Below are positions 18,958 to 29,213 of a stretch of DNA of 64,000 nucleotides, one piece after another. Under the pieces are notes generated by a model. It was not told where the DNA came from. It was given only the letters and a program-made list of their open reading frames with translations, and made no database searches. Where the stretch lies: positions 152,239-216,238 of the forward strand of contig CAVPVD010000005.1 of assembly GCA_963709155.1 (NCBI GenBank), written 5' to 3'. This DNA comes from Bryobacterales bacterium (lineage in GTDB: Bacteria > Acidobacteriota > Terriglobia > Bryobacterales > Bryobacteraceae). Both the position numbers and the translations under genes were made by a program. How positions within the stretch are numbered: position 1 is the first letter of the stretch; every line of letters begins with the position of its first letter.

Positions 18958-19066
18958 GCAGGGCTTCCTTGAAGAAGAGGTTTGCATCCAAAGTGTAACA
19001 TGCGCCATGGGCTGCCGATCCTGGTAAGCTCGAATTCAGGTCCGCTTGCCGGCTCGGGAGGAGAGC

Positions 19067-19567
19067 ATGCCTGAATATCACATCGCGCAGGTCAATATCG
19101 GTCGCATCAAGGGTCCGCTCGACGGCCCTGTGATGGCGGGATTCGTGGCCCGATTGGACGAAATCAACGCCCTCGCCGATCACGCCCCCGGTTTCGTTTG
19201 GCGGCTTCAGACATCCGCGGGAAACGCCACCTACCTGCGGCCTTACGCCGACGATCGCATCATCCTCAATATGTCGGTTTGGGAGACGATCGAGGCCTTG
19301 AAGTTGTATGTTTACCGCACCGCGCACGCGGAACTGCTTCGCGAGAGGCGCGCGTGGTTCGAGAATTTTGCGGGCGCCTACGCCGCCTTGTGGTGGGTGC
19401 CCGCCGGCCATATTCCGGGCATCGACGAGGCCACCAGGCGCCTCGCGTATCTCGAAGCGCATGGCCCCACCCAGTTCGCATTTACCTTCAAATCGCCCTT
19501 TCCGCCGGACGATGAATTCCAGCAGGCGATTGACTGGTCCGCCTTCCGCCCCTGTCCAGCAGTCTAG
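19067..19567 (+). CDS. DUF3291 domain-containing protein.
   Basis: HIAQVNIGRIKGPLDGPVMAGFVARLDEINALADHAPGFVWRLQ ... NMSVWETIEAL ... WWVPAGHIPGIDEA follows the DUF3291 pattern as I remember it. Confidence 0.7.
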   Translation: MPEYHIAQVNIGRIKGPLDGPVMAGFVARLDEINALADHAPGFVWRLQTSAGNATYLRPYADDRIILNMSVWETIEALKLYVYRTAHAELLRERRAWFENFAGAYAALWWVPAGHIPGIDEATRRLAYLEAHGPTQFAFTFKSPFPPDDEFQQAIDWSAFRPCPAV

Positions 19568-19660
19568 TGGGGCACTGTCGAAAACATACCCGTAAGGTAT
19601 TGAATACGACATCGTCGCCCCACATCTGAGTTTTCATCATCTTTCGTGGGCCGAAGGGCC
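19567..19660. repeat. REP-like family 2, degenerate copy.
   Basis: An outer GTGGGGC ... GCCCCACA inverted repeat is followed by the tail tctgagttttcatcatctttcgtggg. This matches the tail of the copy at 25911 (tctggtttttcatcatgtccggtgctcgtggg). Confidence 0.5.
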
Positions 19661-19716
19661 ATGAGGACAGGCTCGCAGCCTCCGCCCGTATGCCCGCCGC
19701 CGGGGCGATGCTACGG

Positions 19717-21414
19717 CTACTTGCCCGAAGGCAGAAATCCGAACGACACCACCGCCGCGCCCAGCGTCCGCGGATCGCCCGCCGCCCGCAGCGCCGGATC
19801 GGTCTGGAATTCCGCCTCCACGCTGCCCTCCCTTCCCGCCGCGACCGGCCAGCGCACCGTGCGGATGCCCGGCTCCGTCAACCGCGCCGTCCCCAGCGGC
19901 GCGCCATCCAAAAGCACAGTAAAATCCGTATGCCCGTGCGCCGCGATCCGTTGCGCGTCCACGCTCAAAACCACTTCGAACTGCCCAGCTTCCGCCGCGC
20001 GATGCAGACGCGCCGTCGCCTCCGGGGAGGTCCAGCGGAAGCCCTCTTCTAATCCGAACCAGCCATTGGTCAACTGCCACACCGGCGTCATCTCGTTCAT
20101 CGTCAGATAGGCCGTATCCGGCGTATTCTGGTTGTGCGCCAGAATCCATAGCTTCCGTGTCTTCTCCACCCATACCAGCGTCGCGGCCGCCGGGCCCCGC
20201 AGCAGCACTTTGGCCTCCGGAGCGCCCATCTCGTAGAGCTTCACGTCCGTTCCCGGCAGCAGATAACGCAACACGCCGCCCACTCCCCAGGGAGGAAACG
20301 ACGGCGGCAAGCCGTGATAGAGGAACGCCGGAATGCCTTTGAGCGAGGGGGCGGCAGCTTGCAACTGCGCGGCGTAATCGCGGCACTCCGCGTCATCGGC
20401 CAGTTTCTGGTGGCGATAGTCGCGCAAGACGATGTAGTTCCACGGCAGCCACGCCGCCAGGAACACCGCTGCCAGGAAACCGAACCGGGCATTTGCTAGC
20501 GAGGAGAACGCCATCGCCACCCCAATCAACGGCACGTACCAATACGCGCTATACAATCGCCCCGGCAGAAAAACCAAAGGCACGAAAAACACGACCGTAG
20601 CCGCCACACCGAGCCACAACCGCCGATCGTGCCGGATCGCCGGCAGCGCCAGCACGGCGAAGCCGGCGAAAGGAATCCCAAAGAGCGCCGCCGCGTAAAA
20701 CTTGGCGCTGGCGGCCAGCGCGGCGGGCGTGAAGCGAAAGGTGTAGTCGTTATCTTGGTTGGGATTCCTGAAAATGCCTTGCAGCCCGAACGAGAGCGAT
20801 ACCAGGAAAAACGGGACCAGCGGCTTCCATTGCCGCTTACCTAACCACAGCTCATAGCTGGCCAGCACCAGCGGCAGCATCACGGCCAGTTCTTTCGACT
20901 TGTATGCCAGCCAGAACGCCAAAAACGAAAGCACCCAACGGCGTTTGATCCAGAACAGCAGGCTCAGCAGGCAAAAGGCGCCGCAGAACAGATCGAATGC
21001 GTACATGGGCTTCCAGTACACATCGAAGACGGCCATGTTAAACGCGAAGAACAACGCGCCGGCGCCGGCCGCGAACGGCGAAGCCCCCATGCTGCGCAAC
21101 ACCATCCAAAGCAGCCAGACATTCAGCAGGTGCAGAAGGTGCAGCGGCCACACGTAATCCGGAAAATCCAGCCCGGCGGCGCGGCTCATGATGCGGAAAT
21201 AAAGGTGGCCCACCGGCCGGAAATTCCGCGCATTGTAGACCGGGCTCACCAGGTCCTCGACGTAAACGCCAATCGGCACCTGGGGCGTCCAGCTCAGGCT
21301 ATCCAGTTCATCGCCCTGGAAGAAGCCCTCGTACGCGCCCCGATTGGCAATCAGGAACAGCGCCGCCACGGCCAGAAACAAGGCCAGCCCGATCCATTTG
21401 TTCATAGCCGTCAA
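19717..21414 (-). CDS. Polytopic membrane protein, GT-C/ArnT-PMT-like glycosyltransferase fold suspected, with a C-terminal periplasmic domain.
   Basis: At least 10 predicted TM helices. Conserved blocks (NFRPVGHLYF, YKSKELAVMLPLVL) are shared with the paralogue at 23011-24471. Confidence 0.65.
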   Translation of the reverse strand: MTAMNKWIGLALFLAVAALFLIANRGAYEGFFQGDELDSLSWTPQVPIGVYVEDLVSPVYNARNFRPVGHLYFRIMSRAAGLDFPDYVWPLHLLHLLNVWLLWMVLRSMGASPFAAGAGALFFAFNMAVFDVYWKPMYAFDLFCGAFCLLSLLFWIKRRWVLSFLAFWLAYKSKELAVMLPLVLASYELWLGKRQWKPLVPFFLVSLSFGLQGIFRNPNQDNDYTFRFTPAALAASAKFYAAALFGIPFAGFAVLALPAIRHDRRLWLGVAATVVFFVPLVFLPGRLYSAYWYVPLIGVAMAFSSLANARFGFLAAVFLAAWLPWNYIVLRDYRHQKLADDAECRDYAAQLQAAAPSLKGIPAFLYHGLPPSFPPWGVGGVLRYLLPGTDVKLYEMGAPEAKVLLRGPAAATLVWVEKTRKLWILAHNQNTPDTAYLTMNEMTPVWQLTNGWFGLEEGFRWTSPEATARLHRAAEAGQFEVVLSVDAQRIAAHGHTDFTVLLDGAPLGTARLTEPGIRTVRWPVAAGREGSVEAEFQTDPALRAAGDPRTLGAAVVSFGFLPSGK

Positions 21415-21488
21415 CGTTCGATGTTACAACGCTTCACCGATCTGCCGCGGCCTCGCAGGCCGCCTGCTTGATATCATGAGCTAATGAC

Positions 21489-22442
21489 ATGGCGTTGATC
21501 GCCGTTTCCGGACAGCCCGGTTGCCGCTTCGAAGAAGTGGCGCGCATCTCCGCGCACCGCCTCGCTTTCGAATTGGTTAACGAATCGCGGATTCACTCGC
21601 TCATCGAGCGCGAATTTGGCGCGGACGCCGGCGTGCCCCAAAAGGCCCGTCCCGATCTGGTCGCATCTATCCTGGCTAAGCTGGCCACCGAACATCACAT
21701 GGTCTACTGTGCCGCGGGCGCCGAGATGCTTTCCCGCCAGTTCCCCGGTACCCTCCGCGTGCATGTTGTCGCACCCGATTCCGTGCGCATCGGCAATCTC
21801 ATGCTCGACCGCCGGCTGGAGCGCCCCGCCGTCCGCCCCTTGCTCCGCGAATTGGATGCCGCCGAGCGCGCCCGCTACAAGAGCACTTCCGGCCGCGCCA
21901 CGGCCCTCCCACACTGGTTCGACCTGACTCTGAACGCCGAATCCATGGACTCCGAGCAGATGGTCGAAATGATCCAGGCGTCCGTGCGCGCGCTAGGCCT
22001 GAAAGAGCGCGGATTTCTGTCCGCCGCCGCCGAAGCACAGATCCAGTTTCAGATCCGCCTGCGCCTGGCGCGGCATGGCATCGTGCCGCCCGGCGCCGTT
22101 CGCCTGCCGGACAAGACCTTCGCGCACCCCAGCGAACGCGTCTTCGCCAACCTGCTGGATTTCTATCGCATCGCCTGGGAGTACGAGCCGCGCAATTTTC
22201 CGGTCCAGTGGGACGCGGAGGGCCGTATTTCCGAATCGTTCACGCCCGATTTCTACCTGCCGGAGTTCGACTTGTACGTGGAACTTACCACCATGAAACA
22301 GTCCCTCGTCACCCGCAAGAACCGCAAAATCCGCCTGCTGCGCGAGCTCTACCCGCACCTCAACGTGCAGGTCTTCTATCAGAAAGATTTTGAAAACCTG
22401 ATCTTCAAGTACGGCCTGGCGGAGCGGCCCGCACAAGTATGA
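21489..22442 (+). CDS. Fusion protein: cytidylate-kinase-like (degenerate P-loop) N-domain plus a PD-(D/E)xK/TnsA-like nuclease-fold C-domain (tentative).
   Basis: The N-terminus MALIAVSGQPGCRFEEVARISAHRL resembles the cytidylate kinase-like family 2 but lacks the GK(S/T). The C-terminus is SERVFANLLDFYRIAWEYEP...FTPDFYLPEFDLYVELTTMKQ...RKNRKIRLL. Confidence 0.6.
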   Translation: MALIAVSGQPGCRFEEVARISAHRLAFELVNESRIHSLIEREFGADAGVPQKARPDLVASILAKLATEHHMVYCAAGAEMLSRQFPGTLRVHVVAPDSVRIGNLMLDRRLERPAVRPLLRELDAAERARYKSTSGRATALPHWFDLTLNAESMDSEQMVEMIQASVRALGLKERGFLSAAAEAQIQFQIRLRLARHGIVPPGAVRLPDKTFAHPSERVFANLLDFYRIAWEYEPRNFPVQWDAEGRISESFTPDFYLPEFDLYVELTTMKQSLVTRKNRKIRLLRELYPHLNVQVFYQKDFENLIFKYGLAERPAQV

Positions 22443-23014
22443 CCCGCGATACCGCCAGCCGCGATACCGCCGGCAAGGATCCGCCCAACATCGAACGGAT
22501 TCTATTTACCGAAGAACAAATTGCCCAGCGCATCCAGGAAGTCGCCGCCGAAATCACCGCGCGCTATCGCGGCAAGCCGCTCAAGCTGGTCGGCGTGCTG
22601 AAGGGCTCCATATTTTTCCTGACCGCGCTGGCCCGCCAGATTCAGATCCCCGTGAAAATCGACTTCCTGGCCATTTCCACATTCTCCAACAAGTCCAGCG
22701 CCCCGGGCATTGTGCGCATCGCCAAAGACCTGGACGATGGTATCGAAAACGAAGACGTGCTCCTGGTCGAAGACATCGTGGATACCGGTCTCACCCTGCG
22801 CTATCTGCTGCAGACGCTCTCCAGCCGTGGACCCAACTCGCTGGCCGTCTGCACCTTCCTCGACCGCAATTCCCGCCGGCTCGTCCAGATTCCCGTGGAG
22901 TTCCGTTGCTTCGAGATCCCCGACCGCTTCGTCATCGGCTTCGGTCTCGATCACAATCAGCTTTACCGCAACCTAAGCTACGTCGCGGTGATGAAGCCGG
23001 AAAAGAACGCGTGA
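22439..23014 (+). CDS. hpt: Hypoxanthine phosphoribosyltransferase.
   Basis: VLLVEDIVDTGLTL is the PRPP-binding motif, and VGVLKGSIFF and GFGLD are present. It forms an ATGA overlap with the upstream gene. Confidence 0.9.
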   Translation: MTRDTASRDTAGKDPPNIERILFTEEQIAQRIQEVAAEITARYRGKPLKLVGVLKGSIFFLTALARQIQIPVKIDFLAISTFSNKSSAPGIVRIAKDLDDGIENEDVLLVEDIVDTGLTLRYLLQTLSSRGPNSLAVCTFLDRNSRRLVQIPVEFRCFEIPDRFVIGFGLDHNQLYRNLSYVAVMKPEKNA

Positions 23015-24471
23015 ATGCCGCACGGCTGCGGTGGATTGCCTACGCGGCCCTCGGCCTCTGCGCCCTGCTGCTCTGCTGGAAAGGCGTGAACTGGGCTTCG
23101 CGGCCTGGATTTCTCCTCTTCAACGACGAGATCGGCAACCTACCCTGGCTGGTCGCCACGCCTTATCGCGCCCTCCTCCACTTCCTCCCGCTGCAGGTAT
23201 ATAACGACCGGCCCGTCGGCGACGTGCTGGAGCGTCTGCTCTACGAGCGCTTCGGTTTCGACTATACGCGCCAGCTCTCCTGCTTCCTCTGTTTCCACTT
23301 CGCAAATTGCGCGCTCGTTTTCCTGCTCATGCGCCGCCTCGGCGTCGGGCTGGCGCTCAGCCTGGCGGGCACCGGATTTTTCGGCAGCCTCTCGACCACC
23401 GCTATGACGGCGACCTATATCGGCGCGTCTTTCGATGTTCTCTGCACGTTCTTTCTGTTGGGCAGCATTCTGGCCGGGCTGGCCAAATCCTGGCCCTATT
23501 GGTATGCCAGCGCGCTCCTGTTCCTGCTGGCCCTGCGCAGCAAGGAATTTGCCATCGTGGTTCCGCTGCTTCTGACCATCCTGTTGCTCGGCCGCGAAGC
23601 GAACGCGCCCTGGCGACGGAAGGCTATCGTGCTTGCCAATCGCCTGTGGCTGCACTATGCGATTCTGGCCATGATCGGGATCACGTACCTGTCGTTTGTG
23701 CCGGGTATGCGGGCCTCCATATCTCCCGAACACCCCTACTATCTGGACGCCAGCCTCGGCACCATTTGGAAATCCTTCGTTTATTACACGTCCCTAATAT
23801 TTACGCTGGAGGACCGCGGAACCCTCACCACGGTCCTGCTGTGGATGCTGGCTTTCATCGTCGTGTATGCCGCGATTCTGCCCGGGCGGCGGTGGATACT
23901 CTTCGGGTTTGCGGCCTACATCCTAACGCTGCTGCCCGTGGCCATGCTTCGGAATATCCGCCAGCCACTTTATGTTTATGGTCCGCAAATATTCCTGATC
24001 CTGGCAATTTGCCTGTTTCTGGATAGCCTTCCAGCCGCGCTGCCGATCCCCCAGCCGCGGCAATGGGCCGTCTCAGTCGGCCTGGCTGTTGCCTTGCTCG
24101 CGGCCGGTTACGCCATCCGCACCAGCCCATACTTTCGTTTCAGGATCGGCTTCTACCACGGCGTTCGCTCAACCTGCGCCCGCACCGCGCGGGATGCCGC
24201 TGCTCAATTGTCCGGCATCGGCGCCGGCGCCCACGTGTACATCTCGAGCGGCAGCAGCACTCCCTGGCTGCTGACCGCCGGCCCCTGCGACTACCTGCGA
24301 CTCTGGCGGCACGACCGCGCCCTGGCATGCTTCATCATGCGGCCCGAGCGTGAGCTCCTGGACTTGTATAGCCGCGATTCCGGCCTCCCGGGCGGCAAGT
24401 ACTTTCTCGACTACGCCGAAGATGGCTCCTTACGAATGAGGGATAATGGGGATTCATACCGGAAAAACTAA
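23011..24471 (+). CDS. Polytopic membrane protein, paralogue of 19717-21414 (GT-C-like suspected).
   Basis: A GTG start at 23011 forms a GTGA overlap with the hpt stop. Shared blocks are NDRPVGDVLE and LRSKEFAIVVPLLL, with multiple TM helices. Confidence 0.65.
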   Translation: MNAARLRWIAYAALGLCALLLCWKGVNWASRPGFLLFNDEIGNLPWLVATPYRALLHFLPLQVYNDRPVGDVLERLLYERFGFDYTRQLSCFLCFHFANCALVFLLMRRLGVGLALSLAGTGFFGSLSTTAMTATYIGASFDVLCTFFLLGSILAGLAKSWPYWYASALLFLLALRSKEFAIVVPLLLTILLLGREANAPWRRKAIVLANRLWLHYAILAMIGITYLSFVPGMRASISPEHPYYLDASLGTIWKSFVYYTSLIFTLEDRGTLTTVLLWMLAFIVVYAAILPGRRWILFGFAAYILTLLPVAMLRNIRQPLYVYGPQIFLILAICLFLDSLPAALPIPQPRQWAVSVGLAVALLAAGYAIRTSPYFRFRIGFYHGVRSTCARTARDAAAQLSGIGAGAHVYISSGSSTPWLLTAGPCDYLRLWRHDRALACFIMRPERELLDLYSRDSGLPGGKYFLDYAEDGSLRMRDNGDSYRKN

Positions 24472-25844
24472 TGTCAAAAACTACAGATGCATTTGTTGAG
24501 CAGAACCGCGACCGTCTTCTTGAAGAGCTCAAAGAGTTCCTGCGCATCCCCAGTATCAGCACCCTGCCCGAGCATCGCGCCGATATCGACCGCGCCGCGC
24601 AATTCGTCGCCGATAGCCTTTCCCACGTGGGCATGGAGAATGTCGAAGTCATTCAGACCGCCAATCATCCGCTAGTCTACGCGGATTGGATGCACGCACC
24701 CGGAAAGCCTACCGTGCTCTGCTACGGCCACTACGATGTGCAGCCCGCCGATCCCCTGGAAGAATGGAAAAGTCCGCCCTTCGAGCCGGAAGTTCGCGAC
24801 GGCAACATCTACGGCCGCGGCACCGCCGACGATAAGGGCCAGATGTACATGCACGTGAAAGCCATCGAAGCGCTGCGCTCCGCGGATGGCACGCTGCCTA
24901 TCAACGTGAAGTTCCTGGTGGAAGGCGAAGAGGAAGTGGGCGGTGAATCCATCGCCAAGTATGTGGCCGAAAATCCCGAAAAACTGAAGGCGGATGTCGC
25001 GTTGGTTTCCGATACCGAGCTTTTCGCCGACGGCATTCCCACACTGTGCATCGGCCTGCGTGGCTTAGTCTATATGGAAGTGGAATCTACCGGTCCCGCC
25101 CGCGATCTGCACTCCGGCTTGTACGGCGGCGCGGCACCCAATCCCATCTTCGGGCTGGTGGAGTTGCTTTCCAAAGTGAAGAACGCCAATGGCGTGATCC
25201 AGGTGCCTGGCATCTACGATGACGTGCAGCCGCCCGCTCCCGCCGAAAAGCGTAGTTGGAAGCGCCTGCCCTTCAGCGAAGAGGAATTCCGGCTGAAGGA
25301 AGTGGGTTCGACCGAGCTCACCGGCGAGAAGAAACCGTCCGTGCTGGAACGCGTTTGGGCTCGCCCCACATTTGAAGTACACGGCATCGCGGGCGGATTC
25401 ACCGCCGCCGGCGCCAAAACCGTGATCCCCGCGAAGGCCACCGCCAAGGTCAGCTTCCGCCTGGTGCCCAAACAGGATCCCGAGAAGGTGCTGGCCGCCT
25501 TCCGCGCGTTTGTCGAGAAGCATACGCCCAAAGGCATCCATTTCGAAGTGCGGGTGTTAAGCTCCGGCCCGGGCCTGTCCGTGAATCCGGACCATCCCGC
25601 CATCAAAGTGGCCGCCAAGGCCTTCAGCGACATCCTCGGCAAGCCCACCGTCTTCATCCGGTCCGGCGGCTCGATTCCCATCGTGGGCGACTTCGATACC
25701 CACCTGGGCATTCCCACCGTTCTCATGGGTTTCGGACTACCCGACGACGGCTTGCACTCGCCCAACGAGAAGTATCATCTCGACAATTACTACAAGGGCA
25801 TCATGACCATCGCCCACTTCTTCGAGAAGTACGGCGCCGCGTGA
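24471..25844 (+). CDS. M20-family dipeptidase/metallohydrolase.
   Basis: CYGHYDVQPADPLEEWKSPPFEP and GRGTADDKGQ motifs; 457 aa. A TAATG junction joins it to the upstream gene. Confidence 0.85.
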   Translation: MSKTTDAFVEQNRDRLLEELKEFLRIPSISTLPEHRADIDRAAQFVADSLSHVGMENVEVIQTANHPLVYADWMHAPGKPTVLCYGHYDVQPADPLEEWKSPPFEPEVRDGNIYGRGTADDKGQMYMHVKAIEALRSADGTLPINVKFLVEGEEEVGGESIAKYVAENPEKLKADVALVSDTELFADGIPTLCIGLRGLVYMEVESTGPARDLHSGLYGGAAPNPIFGLVELLSKVKNANGVIQVPGIYDDVQPPAPAEKRSWKRLPFSEEEFRLKEVGSTELTGEKKPSVLERVWARPTFEVHGIAGGFTAAGAKTVIPAKATAKVSFRLVPKQDPEKVLAAFRAFVEKHTPKGIHFEVRVLSSGPGLSVNPDHPAIKVAAKAFSDILGKPTVFIRSGGSIPIVGDFDTHLGIPTVLMGFGLPDDGLHSPNEKYHLDNYYKGIMTIAHFFEKYGAA

Positions 25845-25849
25845 CGCCT

Positions 25850-25945
25850 TGTGGGGCGGGCAATCCTGCCCGCAGCCGGCTTTCAGCCGGCCAGGATTGG
25901 CCGCCCCACATCTGGTTTTTCATCATGTCCGGTGCTCGTGGGACC
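25850..25945. repeat. REP-like family 2 copy (nested palindrome plus tail).
   Basis: tgtggggcgggcaatcctgc ... ccaggattggccgccccaca is an 18/20 inverted repeat enclosing a gccggc-tttca-gccggc hairpin. The tail follows: tctggtttttcatcatgtccggtgctcgtgggacc. Confidence 0.7.
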
Positions 25946-28900
25946 TCAGAAAATATACTTGACCCCTAACTGAATCTGCCGCGGCGGCTTGTTCCCGTAA
26001 GCATTCTCCGACAATACCTCCCCGAAAGTGGGAGTCCCGAACGTGTGGTTCGGAAGATCGAAATTCGGATGATTGAATAAATTGAACACTTCCCCGCGAA
26101 GCTGCACTCGATGTGTCTCCTTGCGCAGGAAAATGTTCTTGTACATCGAGAAATCCAGGTTCTCCATCCCCGGTCCGGTCATGATATTGCGGCCCGCATT
26201 GCCGAACTGCCCGGCCGGCGGCGCAGCGAACGCGCACGTATTGAACCAACTCCCCGGCTGATCCACCACGTCGGCGGCCAGCCCGCCTTGCGAAATCGTG
26301 GCGTGGCAAGCCGGATTGGGATTCGCCATCACCGGACCCGCCACGTAAGGATTCGAAACCAGATCCGGCCGGTATGGATTGCCGAAGGCCGCGATGGCCG
26401 ACCCCGATTGCGAGGACGCCAGGTTCACCGTGAACGGCGATCCCGTCTGCGCGCTCAGGATTCCCGCCGCCTGCCAGTTACCCAGCAGGCTTCTGCGCCA
26501 TCCCGCATCCGTGATCCACTTGCGCCCGAACGGCAGATCGTAAACCGAGCTCACCACCAGCCTGTGCTTGGCATTGAAATCGGAAAGGCCGCGGTCGGCC
26601 TGCGGGTCGTACGAATTCTGCGGCAGGCCCGATCCTACGCTCCCACCCAACACTGACGAAACATCGTCGATCGACTTCGAAAACGTGTAAGCCGCCAAAA
26701 ACGTGAGCCCCTGCGCCACGCGTCTCTCCGACCGGAACTGAAGCGAGTTGTAAGAACTGGCCGCGCCCGATTCGACATAAAGTATGGACGAAAACTGCGG
26801 GTAAGGCGCCAGACCTGTAACCGGATTCACCTGGTTCAGGTCGCGCACGTCCGCCAGGTGCGTGCCTTTCGACCCGACGTATGCCAGATCCACCATCCAG
26901 TAAGGCTTGATCTCATACTGCAGATCCACGTTCCATTGCTGCATGTAGGCATCCCGGAAAGTTGCGCGCGATCATATTGGGCTCCACGATCGCGTTCGCC
27001 GGCTGGTCCAGAATGTTCTGAATCGTGTTCGATCCGCTGTTCGGATAATAGAAGAGATCGTAAAACGGCGGATTGAAGCGCGGGAACACGTTGATATTGA
27101 AGATGCCCACGTCATAGAAGATGCCGTACGCCGCCCGTACCACCCAGCGCTCGGTCTTCATGGGCCGCCACGCCACGCCGATGCGCGGCGCAAAATCCGT
27201 GCGCGTCGGATTGTAGGTGGCCCGCGGCACGCCGTCCGTCCCCGCCTGGATGAATTGGCAGTCGGGTACCGGAGTGCATGTCGCCGAATTCGCGCTCAGG
27301 TCCGGAACGCTGTATCGATTGTGGTCTTCTACTGCCGGACTGTTGTACTCGTACCGCATGCCCACGTTTAACAACAGCCTCGGCACGACGTGAATATCGT
27401 CCTGGATGTAGAAGTTCATGCCCGTGCTGCGCACCGTATTAAATGTGTTGCCCGATACCCCCACCGCGTAATCCGGCAGCCCCACCTCCAGTTGCGCCAG
27501 CGCTTCCAAAGGCGTGCCGGCCATGCCGTCTTCTGTCCCGGCCTCGAAAAAGAAATCGCCGCGCGCCACGAAATCCAGGTAATTGTCGATCTGGATGTTC
27601 CGAATGTCCGCGCCGAACTTAAACTGGTTGCGCCCTTTAATCCACGAAAGGTTGTCCGACAGATGTATCGTCGTATCGTGACGGTCTTGCGGATAATTCA
27701 GTGGCTCCCCAATCCCGTCGAATCCCAGGATATTCACTTCCGGATAGCCCAGATCCACGGGACTCGTCAGCACATCCGGGAAACCCAGTTGCGCGCTTAA
27801 ATTCTGACCCGAGCTCTGCTGCAAGGCCCCCGCCCGCATGCGGTTGAAGCCCAGCCGGAACTCGTTGATCGCCGCCGAATTGAACACGTGCGTCCAGCTT
27901 AACCCGCCATTCTGCCCGTCATTCAGCGTATAACTGCCATAGCCCGGCAGGTTCGTGAACGCGTTCACCGGGTCGAATGGATTGAATCGATCCTGGTCGA
28001 AAATCGACCAGTGCGCCGATAGCGTGTCGTCCGGTCCCACGTGATGGTCTACTTTCACCGTACCCAGGTTCTCGCTGTTCCGAATCACGGGTGACGAGAC
28101 AAAGGTATTCGAATTCGCCAGGCCAGGCCCCACGTTCGCGGCCGGATATAGATTCAAAATCGCCTGGCCGGCCGGATTCGGCGCCAGCCCCACTCCCGAC
28201 AAAAGTCCCTCGATCTCCGAGATCTGCGTTTGCGAAGGCACGGTGGCCTCCCGCGTAGTCGCCTGCCGCAAGCGCAGTCCCTCGTACGAAACAAAGAAGA
28301 AGGTTTTGTCCTTTCGGATCGGACCGCCGAACGTTCCGCCGAACTGGTCGCGGTCCAGGCTGGGGATCGGCCCGCAAGTGCCCGGTACGGACCCCGCCGT
28401 GCAGTCGGGCGGATCGAAATAATTCTTAGCGTCAAAATTCCGGTTGCGCAGGAACTCAAACAGTCCGCCGTGAAACTCGTTCGACCCGCTCTTCAGGATC
28501 ACGTTTATCTGTGCCCCGCCGCTGCGCCCGAATTCCGCCGCATAGTCGCTTGATTGCACTTTGAATTCCTGCACGGCGTCGATCGACGGCAGCGCCACGT
28601 ATTGATTAATGTAGGGATCGTTGTTGTCCACCCCTTCCAACAGGAAGTTGTTGGACTGTTCTCGCGCGCCATTCACGCTCACCGCCCCGCCCTGCGTGGA
28701 ATTCTGCGATCCGGCCGCCGGCAATTGGCTGCCCGGCGCCAGCAGGGCGAATGCCAGGAAGTTCCGCTCGTTCAGAGGCAGCTCGTGGACCAGCCGGCCA
28801 TCGATCACCTGCCCCAGCGTGGACGTGTCCGTTTGAATGATGGGCGGCGTGTCGTTGACCTTCACTTCCTCGGTCAACATACCCACTTGCAGCGTGAAAT

Positions 28901-29213
28901 CGATGCGCGCCGTCTGTTCCACGTCCAGGCCCAGATCGTCCAGCACGGCGCGGCGAAAGCCTTCCTTCTCGACCCCTACCCGATAGTGTCCCGGCGGCAA
29001 CAGGGCCACCGTGAAATCGCCGTCGTCATTCGTTACCGCGTCGCGCGAGGCATTGGTCGCTCGATTGCTCACCGTAACGCGCGCTTTGGGGACGACGCCC
29101 CCGCTCGAATCGGTCACCGTGCCGGTGATGGTACCCGTCGGATCGTTTGCCAGGAGCGGAAGCGCGAGCCAACTCCATAGCAAGGGCATGCATAAGAACG
29201 GTCGAAGGCGCAT
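25946..29213 (-). pseudogene. TonB-dependent-receptor-like outer membrane protein (CarboxypepD_reg N-domain) split by a single-base frameshift near 26954-26961.
   Basis: ORF 26913-29213 (766 aa) has a signal peptide plus GTITGTVTDSSGGVVPKARVTV. ORF 25946-26944 (332 aa) ends ...QIQLGVKYIF with a terminal Phe. Together they cover one receptor. The junction reads aac-ttt-c-cgg-gat-gcc-tac-atg-cag-caa-tgg. Removing one base restores ...ARNFRDAYMQQWNVDL, which matches the conserved R-x-x-Y-x-Q-(Q/Y)-(W/Y)-N block of the two intact paralogues. Confidence 0.75.

Noticed and set aside
17608-18972. A 454-aa plus-strand ORF opposite the Gfo/Idh/MocA oxidoreductase.
   Set aside because: It is an antisense shadow. 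The minus-strand product has a Tat signal and a Rossmann motif.
18947-19612. A 221-aa minus-strand ORF overlapping the DUF3291 gene.
   Set aside because: It is antisense to a product with a clear conserved pattern and has no motifs of its own.
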